DNA of 64,000 bases from Selaginella moellendorffii (Eukaryota > Plantae > Lycopodiophyta). Position numbers and translations under genes: made by a program. Location: NCBI RefSeq assembly GCF_000143415.4, contig NW_003314402.1, positions 11,804 to 75,803 on the forward strand, in the 5' to 3' direction. Positions 12,455-25,350 of the stretch are shown here, piece after piece. The notes beneath the pieces were generated by a model. It had not been told where the DNA came from. It searched no databases and was given only the letters and a program-made list of their open reading frames with translations. The first letter of the stretch is position 1. Each line of letters starts with the position of its first letter.

Positions 12455-12867
12455 TGTCAGGAATCCCCCAATTCTTGCCACATTCCTAACTCTCGCCGGA
12501 TTCTTGACCTGCAGACCACATTCCTGACTCTCGAGACACTTCCCTATTCCTGACTCTCGAGACACTTCCCTATTCCTGACTCTCGAGACACTTCCCTATT
12601 CCTGACTCTCGAGACACTTCCTGATTCCTGAGTCTCGAGCCACATTCCTGATGATGATGTGGCACCTCCTCGACCTCATCTATATTTAGGCCGTCCTCGA
12701 TCCAAGAGTGGTGGAGCTTCATCAACCTATAGTATATATAGGTTAGCCTTGTTCCATTTCTCCACAATCTGAATCAACGCCAGTCTAAGGCTTCTTCTTT
12801 GTTTCCACTAGCTTTTCTCTTTGTCTTTTTGCATTTTCCAGTCTTGATCTTGTCAAGGGTCTTGACA
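12455..12867 (+). repeat. 5' LTR (413 bp) with a 26-bp internal tandem repeat
   Basis: Four copies of ATTCCTGACTCTCGAGACACTTCCCT at 12520-12623. TATA-like TATATATA at 12733. Confidence 0.95.
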
Positions 12868-12968
12868 GTTTGATTTAGATTGTGTTTTTTCGTTTTTTGA
12901 TTTAGCTCGTTTTGATTGTTTGATTACCTTTGCCTTTTTTTCCCCCTTTTTTTTCTTTCTTCTTGCCA

Positions 12969-13940
12969 ATGGAGTCTCCAAGCCATCCTGATTTCTTTGC
13001 TGAAGTCCTTGCAAAAATCCAGTCTGAGAATACCGAGCTGAAGGCGACCCTTCTTCGCATGCAGCAGGAGCTTGCTTCACTTTCGACTCAAGGATCCAGC
13101 AAAGTTCCTGAACCGAAGGTGAGCTTCCCGGCGAAATTTTCAGGCAAGCGTTCGGAGCTTCGCGGATTCCTGAACCAGATGGAGTTGATCTTCGCACTTC
13201 AACATCGGCGGTACCCTACTCCTGAGTCTCAAATCAGCGCGATTGGGACGTTGCTCGAAGGTGCAGCTTTGTCATGGTTTTCTCCTCTTCTGGAGAAGAG
13301 CATGAAAGGGGTCGTGGTTCCAGAGCTGATGGATCTTCAATTGTTCAAAGAGAAGCTCGAAGCATGTTTTGGCGAGACGGATCGGGTTCGGGCTGCTACC
13401 ACAAAGATGAGACGTCTCTCTCAGGGGTCTCGTCCTGCCTCGATCTACGCTGCAGAGTTCCAACTCCTTGCTTTGGACACTCAGTGGGATGAGCAGGCCC
13501 TGATTGACCAATTTCGTTTCGGCCTCAACAACAGTGTCAAGGATTTGTTGCTCACCATGCAGGATCCCAAGGACCTGTCGGATGCCATCAACAAAGCTGT
13601 TCGATGTGACAATCGTCTCTTTGAACGTCGTCAGGAAAGTCGCCGCGCCGCTGTTTTTCCATCCCAAACTCAGGAATCCCAGCTTGAGTCTTCGGGGCAT
13701 ACTCCTAAACCTACTGCTCCGGTTCCGATGGATATTTCTGGTACTCCCCGACTCATTAGAGGGAAGTTGAGTCCTGCTGAGAAGCAACGTCGAATATCTC
13801 ATAATCTTTGCCTCTATTGTGCTGATCCTAATCACAAAGCAGCTGTATGTCCCAAGAAGCCTCCTTGACTGCTCGAGTTCACTCTGCCTCAAAATCCACC
13901 TCTATTGCAGTCGGGAAACGACCCTGTCCAAACAGAGTAG
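12969..13940 (+). pseudogene. Gag (Tf1/sushi-type) with premature TGA at 13866
   Basis: [33 protein letters not shown]. The frame continues past the TGA to the slippery heptamer G GGA AAC at 13913-13919. Confidence 0.9.
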
Positions 13941-16900
13941 GAGCTGTTTGTTTGGACTCCCCGAATAAAAATCACTTTTCTTCTTTATCAAGCTCCTCAC
14001 CACCTTTCATCAAAGCCACCACCAATTCCCGCAACTTCCGCGTCCCATGTCTCCTTTCTTTCACCAGACTATCAGGACTCAAGGCTTTGGCGTTACTGGA
14101 CTCGGGTGCAACTTCCTGCTTCATGGACACGGACTTTGCTGCCCGACATCACGTTCCTCTTTCTCCTACCATATGGGATTTGAGGGTTGAAGGCATCGGC
14201 GGGCATTTTGTGTCTCCATCTTCTGGACTTAGGGAAACATTGCCCGTTCGAGTACACATCGGGTCCACCGTCACCGATATCGCCTTCAACATCATCAACA
14301 ACAAGTCCTCCTCTGTGGTGCTCGGTCTTCCTTGGTTCCAACTACATCAGCCTCAAATCTGTTGGAAGGAATTACAGCTCATCTCTCCCACGGCTTCCCC
14401 TGCTGTTCATCGAGTCCGAATCAGGAAAAGTTCCCTAAACTCAAATCGGGGTTCTGTTCCTGACTCTATAAAGTTTTCACCCTCTTCTTTTTCCTCTCTT
14501 CCATCTTACACTGGACCGTATCCTCGTCTCATCATTCCATTTAGTCGTACACCTCCTTTTATCTCCACAATCACTATGAAAGAACTCCTTCATGAAGAAC
14601 CTCTTTTTCTTTTTGCTTTGCATGTTTCTCCTGTCAGTCTTCCTGAGAAGTATCATGATTTTGGGGATGTGTTTGACAAGAAAAAAGCTAGTGTACTGCC
14701 TGTTCATCGGCCTTATGATTGTCCCATTGATTTACAGGAAGGAGCATCACCTCCGTGGGGGCCTATCTACGGGTTATCCCCGTCCGAGCTTAAGGCCCTC
14801 AAAGAGTACGTGGATAAGAACCTTGCCTCGGGCTACATTCAGCATTTGCAGTCCCCGGCTGGAGCACCTGTCTTCTTTGTCAAGAAGAAGGATGGGAGCT
14901 TGCGGCTAGTCATCGACTACCGAGGTTTGAACAAGGTGACTGTTCGGAACCGTTATCTGCTGCCCCTGATCTCGGACCTGTTGGAACGCCTCGGCGGTGC
15001 CCGCTTCTTCACCAAGATCGACCTTCGTGGAGCATACAACCTGATCCGGATCCGGCCTGGTGATGAATGGAAGACTGCATTCTGAACCCGCTATGGCCAC
15101 TTCGAGTACACTGTCATGCCATTTGGCTTGACAAATGCTCCAGCAGTTTTCCAACACATGGCGAACGACGTCTTTCGGGAGTTTCTTGATCAGATGGTGA
15201 TCGTCTACCTCGATGACATCCTCATCTACTCAAAAACTCAGGAGGAGCATGACGAACATGTACGCAAGGTGCTAGCGAAGCTGTGAGAACATGGCCTATA
15301 CGCGAAGCTTGAGAAATGTTCCTTTGATCAGCAGTCTGTGGAGTTCCTTGGGTACATTGTCACTCCTGAGGGTATCACGATGGATCCTGCCAAAGTCAAG
15401 ACTATTCTCGAATGGGAGCCTCCACAATCAATGTCGGACGTTCAGGTTTTCCTTGGCTTCGCCAACTTCTACCGCAAATTCATTGATCACTACTCTAACA
15501 TTGTCCTTCCTCTCACACATCTCACTCGCAAGGATGTTCCCTTCTCTTGGTCTGCTGCTGCCCAGCAGGCCTTCGACACACTCAAGGCGGCCTTCAGTTC
15601 TACTCCTGTCTTGATCCATGCTGATTCCTCACAACCTTTCTTCATCGAGGCTGACGCCTCCGACTTTGCCATTGGTGCTATGCTGTCTCAACTCGGAGCG
15701 GATCACGAACTTCATCCGGTTGCTTTCCATTCTCGGAAATTCCAGCCTGCGGAGATCAATTACAAAATCCACGACAAGGAGCTCCTTGCCATCATGGATT
15801 CCTTTGGAGAGTGGCGCCGTTTCTTGGAGGGGGCGAGCCATCAAACAACAGTCTGGACGGATCACAAAAATCCCGAGTATTTTGCCACTTCCCGAGTTTT
15901 AAGCCGTCGTCAAGCAAGGTGGGCACAATTCCTAAGTCGGTTTAACTTTGTTATCAAGTACAGACCTGGAAAGTTTCAAGGCCTTCTTGATGCTCTTTCA
16001 AGGCGCTCCTATCTCAGTCTCAGGCCTGGTAATCCTGCTTTCGATCAACAGGATCAAGTTATCCTTGGTCCTGATCGGCTTCAAGTTATGGCAATTTCCC
16101 TGGCCCCTCAGGACTCCTCCTTGATGGATGCAATCAGAAACGATCTTCAATCCGATGATCTCGCTAGTGACATCTTCCCCCATCTTCAGGCTGGACACCC
16201 AGTGACTCCTGACTGCCGGCGATTTGACGAGTTCGAGTTCTTAGATGGCTTATTGTACCGTGGGGAGCAGCTTTACGTTCCTGAAGGTGATGCTCGAAGG
16301 TTGGTCCTGATGGCGTGCTACGATAGCCCGACTGCTGGTCACTTCGGCATTGCGAAAACCTATGAGCTAGTTGCATGGGACTTTTGGTGGCCTCACATGG
16401 ACGACTACATCAAAGCTTTTGTTACCTCCTGTGACACTTGTGCCCGGAATAAGGTGCCTCGCCACCTTCCTTCAAGTTTACTTCGTTCCCTTTCGGTCCC
16501 TTCAGGTCCTTGGGAATCCATCTCCATGGATTTCTTGAGTGATCTTCCGAGTTCTGGAGGCTTCAACAGCATTTTAGTCGTGGTGGATCGCTTCACAAAG
16601 ATGGCGCACTTCTTGCCATGTACCAAGGAGTTTTCGGGCGAGGACATGGCAAAACTGGTATTCAGGGAAATTTTCCGACTTCATGGGATTCCTACAGATG
16701 TGGTTTCGGATCGGGGGCTTTAGTTCATCTCTCATTTCTGGCAACGGTTTTTGCAGTTGCTTGGAGTGAAGGCCAACCTCTCTTCGGCATATCATCCTCA
16801 AATTGATGGGCAGTCCGAGCGAACGATTCAGACATTGGAACAATTCTTGAGGTGCTTCATCAACTATCATCAAGATAACTGGTTCGATATCCTTCCCCTT

Positions 16901-17608
16901 GCTGAGTTCTCCTATAACAACTCTGTTCACTCCTCTCTTCGAGTTTCCCCTTTCTTTGCGAACTCTGGCTGAAATCCCCGATTCAATCTCTCACTTCCTT
17001 CTCCATCTGAATCCTCTTGTTCAAATCCCCGCTCTGAGGCATTTATCTCCAACCTCCAAGAAATCCACAACTTCATCTCCTTCCACCTCCATCATGCTCA
17101 GGAATCTCATAAAACATTTGCCAATGTCCATCGTCAGGATTGTCCCCCTTACAATATCGGGGATAAAGTTTGGCTCCTCAGGCGAAATATCTCCACCACC
17201 AGGCCCTGTCCAAAACTCGATTTCAAACGCCTTGGTCCTTTCCCTATCACTGCCATCATTAATCCTATGACTTATCGCCTTGCACTTCCCTCCTCATATC
17301 AAATTCACCCCGTTTTTCACTCCTCTCTCCTTAAGCCTTATATTCCCAGTCCTATTCCAAATTGGGTCATTCCTCTGCCTCCACCAGTGCAGCTCGAGGA
17401 TGGGTCTGAGTACGAGGTTCAGGACATCCTTGATTCCAAGATTTCGCGGTCTAAACTCTACTATCTCGTGGACTGGAAGGGTTATGGACCTGAGGAACGC
17501 TATCCTTCTCGTCCCAGTCCTCATTCGTTTTCTCCATCTCCCATCCCTCGCCGCTCATCTCATCCTCCTCTTCGTTCTCGTTCACATCCTCGTTCCACTC
17601 GTTCTTGA
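13913..17608 (+). pseudogene. Pol: protease, RT, RNase H, integrase, truncated chromodomain
   Basis: [18 protein letters not shown] (~15206), EADASDFAIGA, GHFG..CDTC, SMDF, VSDRG, EYEVQDILDS..YLVDWKGY. In-frame stops at ~15083, 15284, 16721 and 16970. Confidence 0.95.
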
Positions 17609-17619
17609 GGAGGGGGTGC

Positions 17620-17980
17620 TGTCAGGAATCCCCCAATTCTTGCCACATTCCTAACTCTCGCCGAATTTCTGACCTGCAGACCACATTCCTGACTCTCGAG
17701 ACACTTCCCTATTCCTGACTCTCGAGACACTTCCCGATTCTTGAGTCTCGAGCCACATTCCTGATGATGATGTGGCGCCTCCTCGACCTCAGCTATATTT
17801 AGGCCGTCCTCGATCCAAGAGTGGTGGAGCTTCATCAACCTATAGTATATATAGGTTAGCCTTGTTCCATTTCTCCACAATCTGAATCAACGCCAGTCTA
17901 AGGCCTCTTCTTTGTTTCCACTAGCTTTTCTTTTTGTCTTTTTGCATTTTCCAGTCTTGATCTTGTCAGGAGTCTTAACA
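17620..17980 (+). repeat. 3' LTR (361 bp)
   Basis: As the 5' LTR but with two fewer 26-bp units. Confidence 0.95.
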
Positions 17981-19613
17981 GAGCGTGCCGCAATCCAAGA
18001 TGAAGTGGCTTCTATGGCCACATACAGCTAGAAGCATGTAGAGTGAGGAGATTTGTTTGCTCCATTAATGAGTGTCTAGATGCTTGTTCTGTGCAAGCCA
18101 AACCAACTGAAGAAAAGAGTTGTAATGTTGTTAGATTTGCCACAAGTCTTATGCTATGATGGTTCAAGCTGTATCTTTTGTTTCCAACATCCAAAAAGTT
18201 TAATTTTTATTGTGTTGTATTGTGTGTATAGTGTGGAAATGATGAAAAACTTAGATTGGGTATTTGTGATAATGAAATGTAGTGACTATAAAAGTGAATA
18301 GAGTGATGATTTGTGAATGTAACTGGATGGAAATGAAGAAGAGGATATGTTTCTGAAAGTGATAGAGATAAAAATATGGAAATAAAGGGAAAAGTTGGAA
18401 GATGAACGAGCTTTCGGACGAGTGGAGTTAAGGCCACCCTGAGGTTGGAATCTAAGCTTTAGCTTGTGTCTACAATAGGATATGGCCTAGAAGGACATGA
18501 GAAACAAGTGAAAACAAAGAAAAAAAAAATAAAAGATTGAAAACCCAAAAAGAGGAGAGAATTCACCACTAGTGAAGTAGGTAGTGAGTTGAACTTTGCT
18601 TGAGTCTTATCATGAAAAAGTTTGCTTTTGGAGGGTGAAGGGAATCCTAAAGAAAGCCCTGGATTCCATAGAAAGTTGAGTTGAAGTTAGGCATGATGAT
18701 CCAAAACTTATGGTGTTGAGAGAATCTAGGACCGCAAAAGATGTTGATATAAGGCTTGGAGCATGATTTCTGGCTGTGCTGGCTGCTCCTAGATGGGGAA
18801 TGTTATGTTGTTAAAGAGGAGAAAGTCACCCCAACTGTTTATAGAAGTTTGGTGGGTGAACAAAGTATCGATGCCTGGGAAAGCTACCACAAAATCAAAT
18901 GTGTTGTATGGCTATGGTTAGACTAGATCTATGTGATGAGAATGGTGTCTATGAAGGCTCTTGTGTTTTCTTTTTTACAAGGCTTTCATGTTGGCTATCA
19001 AGTGCTTGAAGATGGATCAATTTCAATTTAGCTTCAAGTACCAAAATTAAACTTTTACAAACTTCAAAGCATGTCTATTATGAACATGCCAGCAAGAAGA
19101 AAAAGTTGAGCATTGCTACAAGAATGTTTAAACAATTGTCTAATAATGACAACCCACCTATGGAGAAAGGTGGGGCTACAGTCATGGTTGGCCAATAGAT
19201 ATTAAGATTGCCACTATGGTTGTGAACTAATAAAAGAATGGTTCTTATCACTTAAGTTTTTCTTTTTACAAAACTGGTCAGTTTTAATTATATTTTTTGA
19301 TAAAAACATATGAGAAAAGCAAAGGAAAAAACTAAAAGCAATTAAAAGAAAAGTACAAGTATTAAAATAATAGAAATCTAGATAAATCAAAAAGGAAAAA
19401 GGTTAGATTGAACAAAATAAGAAAAATCTTTAAAAAAAGGTATAAATTTTTAATTAGCATGTATATAGTTATTGCAAATAATTTTAATAATGTCATAGAT
19501 CTCAAAATTTTAGGGATGATGGTCTACCAAGATTTAGTACCTCCATATTTTGTTTCTTAATAAATAACGCATTCTATTTCTTTCCCTTTAAGCCAATTGA
19601 AAAAGGGGCACCT

Positions 19614-19829
19614 CCATTTCCACATTGAATCTACTAATCCTTTCATTGTATAGACTAGTTGTTCCATATGAGACAACTAATCATCCATTTCTGCATTGAA
19701 TCTACCACATTGGATCTACCAATCCTTCTATTATATAAATTAGTTATTCCATGTGAGGCAACTAATCATCCATTTTTGCACTGAATCTACCAATCCTTTT
19801 ATTGTATAGACTAGTTATTCCATGTGAGG
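19614..19829. repeat. Tandem repeat, three copies of a ~71-bp unit
   Basis: CCATTT..CA(T/C)TGAATCTAC..ATCCTT..ATT..TAGTT..TTCCAT..GAG units start at 19614, 19685 and 19770. Confidence 0.85.
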
Positions 19830-20202
19830 AAGAATATACATATAGATGCCTAATACATACAATTTCAAATTTAAGAGTAGGAATATATTTTATTCAAGGG
19901 TATATTATATTTTTAAGTAGCCATTAATCAATGGAAATCAAACCTATGCCATTTTCTCTGATATCACATATAGCACACTTTATCTCTCTCCCCTTAAACC
20001 AACTAAAAAAGAGGCAATTACTTAATAAAAGAGCCCTTAGTGGCTATTTTATCCCCATTTATCCCCTAAGGTTTTAAAGATCCATGATAATAGTATATTC
20101 AAATCTCATCTTATGATTACATGCACTACATTGACCTTCCTATGAAGTTTAAAATTTATTAAATTGAAGGTTTTTGTTTTAAGATGCTCTAAGATTATAA
20201 CA

Positions 20203-20352
20203 TGACAAGAAAGGCTACTACAGAACTATTGATTTCGATCTAGCCAAGCTAAAAATATGAATTTTTAGTCAAAATGTTCTCATAATTTCTTATTCAGAGT
20301 AATTATATTTCAGCTTGGCTAGATCAAGATTCTGCAATAACCTTTCTTGTCA
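20203..20352. repeat. Imperfect inverted repeat (foldback/MITE-like)
   Basis: TGACAAGAAAGG...GATCTAGCCAAGCT is matched in reverse by AGCTTGGCTAGATC...CCTTTCTTGTCA. Confidence 0.7.
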
Positions 20353-20901
20353 CATAAAATAAACAAATAAAATAAACATGGAGGTGGGTAAATGAGATAG
20401 TATCTCATGTTGAACTGCGTAGCCAGCCTCTCTATGCCAATAGTCCTAAAAAATTACATTTTTAGCTTGGCTAGATCTAGATACTGATAATTCTGCAGCC
20501 TTGGAGTGTCTGAAGAAAAGAACCTTCAATCACTGGTTATTTATATAACTGGGGAAAATGCCTGTGATTGTAAAACTTATAGAAGTCAAACCACATCAGT
20601 TCCTTATCATTATATTTAACCACACTAGTAAACCCTCCTAATTGATAGTGCCATAACTATAATACAAAATCGTTAGATATTGAAACTCTTTAGTTTCAAA
20701 TCCAACAGTAAGAGCTGCCAGAGTACTAAAGAAACATTGAGTTATCCGAGTCTTATTGAAAAAGGGATCAACATTGCTAAATATTCTAACTACCATCATG
20801 TTGTGACAAGATTAATAAAACGTGCCCGCAAGGTCAATTTCCACTATCAATAAAAACTTTTAGCAAATCAATTGCATCTTGGAAGGTCTGCATTCGAAGC
20901 T

Positions 20902-22709
20902 ATGGTGAGTTTTTTGAGCGGCAGCTTGAAATATGTCTCATCAAGCAACGCAGGAAATGGAGAGCAATGCACAAACCCACCTGTATGCTCAAAACGGAAC
21001 TCTGGATTTTTTGGGCCAGCCTGCTCTGAAGAAGGAAACTGGAAACTGGACCGGAGCGATCCCTATGATCTGTCAAGTTTCTCCAACTGTTTGCAAAGCT
21101 TTCAGTGTCTTGACTTTGCTAGTGTGTTGCAGTCATCCAAGTAGTTGCGACGGTCATCTTCTTCGGCATAATCTCCAACCTGCTGACATACTTGACGGGT
21201 GTTATGCATCGAGATGTTTCTCAATCCGCAAGTGACGCTAACAATTTGCAGGGCACTTACTTTCTCTCCTCAGTTCTTGGGGCTTTTCTCTCCGACACAT
21301 ACTGGGGCCGCTACAGGACGCTGCTGTACTCTTTCGTGCTCTATGGCGTGGTGAGTACTTGAAATTCTATCTGCAAAAGTAGCTTTACCAACACCAATCC
21401 AAAAACAAAAACTGAAAAACTTACCAGGGATTGACATGCAACACCATCTCCGCATCCCTCAAGAACTTGCGGCCTACAAGCTGCCCGGCTCAAAGCCCCA
21501 CTTGCCAGCAAGCATCGCCCGGGCTGAATGCTTTCCTCTTCCTCTCGCTCTACGCACTTCGCAGGTGGAAGCTACCACCTCATTCGTGTCCTTCGGAGCC
21601 GACCAGTTTGACAACTTCATCGTCTGGGGCATTCACATCGGAGGCTTGGTTTCCGTCACCATGATCGTATACATTGAAGATCACGTCGGTTTCTCGTGGG
21701 GATTTGGCCTTCTCGGCCTTATCCTTGCGGTATCCATAGCTCTGTTCCTCATCCAGACCACCAGATACCGGTACCGTAGGCCCGAAGGAAGCCCCCTTAC
21801 GAAAATGGTGCAAGTCACGGTAGCAGCTTTCAGCAAGCGTAACGTCGTTGCACCATCCCTGAAGAACAGTCGATTGCCAAAGGGAAAAGACACATTCCAC
21901 ACACTAACCAGTTCCGGTGAGTGACTGTAGCTCTCGACTTTTCCCTGTTCTTAGCTTCGTTCGTGACAAGGCAGCACTGAAGCTCGGGAGATGGAGTCTT
22001 CCACGACGAAAACCAGCCCCTGGAAGCTTTCCACCGTGACCCGAGTCGAGGAAGTCAAGCTCGTCATACGAATGCTCCCAATCTGGTTGGCAACGCTCTG
22101 GTTTAGCATTGCTCCATCTCAGTCCGCCACCTTCCTCCGCCAAGGAATGGCTATGGACAACCGGCTTGGAAGCACCATCCCGCCAGCAACCTCACCGTGG
22201 TCCTCTTCCTCCCACTCTACGACCGTATCATCGTCCCAACCATAAGAAAGTTCTCCGGGAACGAGCGTGGCATCACCTTGCTCCAGAGAAGCGGGCTGGG
22301 AATCTTCATCGCCGCCATCGGCCTGGGCATCGCAGCGCTGATGGAAATCAAGAGAAAAGCCTGGATGAATCCCACCACCACCGTCACGATCTTCTGGCTG
22401 GTGCCGCAGTACGTGGTGCTGGGCATAGCGGAGGGCCTCACAAACTCAAGCCTGCTGGAATTCTTCCACGAGCAATCGCCCGACACCTTCCACAGCCTGG
22501 GCACGTCCCTGGCGCTCGCGAACCTGGGTGTGGGGAGCTTCTTGAGCATTCCCTGCGTCAATCGCGCGGCGCCGTCGTGGCTCCGGAACGATGTGAATTC
22601 CGGGCATCTGGAGCGCTACTACTGGCTGATCTTGGGGCTGAGCCTCGTGAATCTGGCGATCTTTGTGCCGGTCGCGCGCTGGTACTCGTACAAGAGCCCT
22701 GATCCCTAA
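20902..22709 (+). pseudogene. NPF (NRT1/PTR) transporter pseudogene, paralog of 30052-32048
   Basis: Colinear with the intact copy but carries several deletions and frameshifts, e.g. GADQFD joined directly to NFIV and a 19-nt loss near 22187. Confidence 0.88.
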
Positions 22710-23039
22710 GCTCTAAGAACCCTAAAATGCCCACTTACAAATCAATTTTTCTTTTACCTTTAAATGTAGTTTAATGTCTCATAAAACTTTAACACTGCCC
22801 ATTAAATTAGTTCTTCTACTTAGGGTCTTTTAGCAAGACAAGAAACCAGCTCGGAACCAATTTTAAAATAAACCAATTTTTTAGGGTAGTTTAACCATAT
22901 GTTTAAGAAACTTTTTACTAGTCAATTGTTGGCAATTGCCCCTCTGTTTAGTTCTAGTCGAGTTACATCATTATCGTCTTCTACCATGTTTTTTGTGTTT
23001 AGTCCAAGAGCTCGCATTTCTTCATTGACATTAGTGTCT

Positions 23040-23900
23040 CCAATGTAAATTAGAAAATTATGCAAAATGCAGCAGGAAAAAAAAACAAAAGAAGAATGAA
23101 GCTAGGACATAGCTTTAAGCAAATGAAATACACATTCTACAAATTGGTCTTCCTTTTGAGAGCTCTTTGTTGTAGAAGCGCTTGGTTTCATTGAGATCTA
23201 CTGATTATGGAGAAATGGTCATAATCCACAGACAGCACAATTAGCCTTTGTCACAAAGTAGGTACCATGGGAGTGATCTAAATGTAGAAGTTGAGGTATA
23301 GATTGCAGATTTTCGGAGTACACCAACCATGGCGCTACTGCAAGTATAGCCAATAGCAATCCTTCTTCCACTACAGTTCTGCTTTAGTTGTTCGTGCATC
23401 AAGAGATCCAAGACACCTTAAATCCAAGTATCAAGAGTAGCCACAAAAATTGAATGATTTCTTTAGGAGTAGCAACAGCAATGGTGAATGGTTTATTAGT
23501 TTTTCCATTTCAAGCCCAAAGTTTTGCTTTGCTTTGGGAAGAACACTTTCTCCATTCCTTGGAAGGGCCAGTTGTTCCAAATTCTTGTGGTTGCCAAGGA
23601 TTTTCTATGAGGAGCAACATGTGTTGGAAGAACTTAAGCACACTTTTAGAATTTCAAAGTAGCTTGCATTATAGAGAAGCTTGTAGTGGGCAAATCAATC
23701 TGATCAATCCACATTAAAGAATTGAAATTGATACTAAAAACTGACATACCCTAATCAATTGATTTGTTCTAGGTGGCACTATTGCCCAACAATTGCACTC
23801 TTTGAGTTTTCCTTTACTAGCAAAGATGCATGTAAAATCATTTTAGCCCCATTAAGGAGCATTTGTGCAGCATCTTGCTCAAATATCAAGAAAACAATAC
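23040..23900 (-). mobile_element. Degraded PIF/Harbinger-type DDE transposase
   Basis: Minus-strand fragments CCILHNFL (~23050-23077), PWYLLCDKG*..WIMT (~23220-23270) and CLGSLDA (~23400), with many stops. Confidence 0.55.
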
Positions 23901-25141
23901 CAAGAAGTGGAAAAAGAGCTTACACCACCACTAACACAAATTGTAAATGAATAACAAATGGTGAATATGTCAAATAATACACATGAAAAAGGAGGTTTGT
24001 TACTTCTTGGCTATGTGTATTAATTATGATTAACTTGTATGGCTTTGTAGCCTACATCCACACTAGTAGAAGCCATTGCTATTATGGCTGCCACAATATA
24101 CATGACAAGGTATATCAACTCTTTAGCTTGTATATATTACATACTATAATTTTATTTGGCTTTATAAGCAACATTGGCACAACTGCAAGACAATCAAATA
24201 TTCTAGCAAATGTTTCTTACATCTGAGGTTTGTTTAATTTTTATCCAAAGTTAACAACAGCTACATATTTTCTTAATACTTTTGTAGGGATCAAAAGAAG
24301 CAAGTGATATTGTATAAGAGACTGTTATTGTTGTGTATGAGGTGAAAGAAACAAATAATGTAGACCCTAATGTGAGAATCTAAAATTGTTTCTAGCCCCT
24401 CTCACGTTGCATTTTCCATTGTAGCCACAGTAGAAGAATATTGATAGTAGTGCACAAAAATAATTAACAACTATCATTAAAGAAATATCACTATAAGTAG
24501 TTTCATTTCTTTATTTAAACTGGAAAAATACCTATAAGAACTTTAAAGCTTAACATAATAACCTTAAAACAAATAATGAAACTATTATTAGGATTGGAGC
24601 CTTTTTTTACCAACATGAAGTAATACTATAAGAGTGAGAAACATATATACCAATTACTAAATACCAACAAAATTAAAATAAAAAAGGTATTAAAGTACTT
24701 TGTTGAACAAATTGTGAAATTCTGACAATTAATCCTTTCTAAAAAAGCTTGGTCCACAATAACAGTAATAGATTAGTTACTAGAAAAATATATATATCTA
24801 TAACTATATTTTATAAAATGTATTATTAACCAATATATATATGCAACAAAATATGTAAATTGTGCTAAAAACTAGGTGCATACAAAGACCAAAACATTAT
24901 TCTAAAAATTACTGTCTTCAATAGTCACATAAATAGTTTCAAAACTATATCTATATCAGTGAATCATATATACTTACTTTTACTCCCAAGTTGCTCCTTA
25001 ACCATATTAAAAACTACACTAGTAATCACTCCTAGAGTGATTGTTAAATAGGACATGAATTATACTAAAAACTAACAAAAGAACCATGTGTGAAATCATT
25101 TATGTCGTGGTCCCAAACCAGAGCAATTAAAAAACCATTCC

Positions 25142-25350
25142 NNNNNNNNNNNNNNNNNNNNNNNNNNNNNNNNNNNNNNNNNNNNNNNNNNNNNNNNNNN
25201 NNNNNNNNNNNNNNNNNNNNNNNNNNNNNNNNNNNNNNNNNNNNNNNNNNNNNNNNNNNNNNNNNNNNNNNNNNNNNNNNNNNNNNNNNNNNNNNNNNNN
25301 NNNNNNNNNNNNNNNNNNNNNNNNNNNNNNNNNNNNNNNNNNNNNNNNNN
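25142..25350. other. Assembly gap (N run)
   Basis: 209 Ns. Confidence 1.

Larger units (their letters stand above)
12455..17980 (+). mobile_element. Ty3/Gypsy chromovirus LTR retrotransposon (Tcn1/Tf1-like), full-length but disabled
   Basis: LTRs at 12455-12867 and 17620-17980 (TGTCAGG...ACA). TSD GAGCG at 12450-12454 and 17981-17985. PPT GAGGAGGGGG at ~17607. Domain order gag-PR-RT-RH-INT-chromo. Confidence 0.97.

Noticed and set aside
12520-12650. CRISPR-like regular repeats (also 19614-19829)
   Set aside because: The units are head-to-tail with no unique spacers, there are no cas genes, and the context is eukaryotic.
20238-20250. TAGCCAAG resembling the start of miR169
   Set aside because: The match ends after 8 nt.
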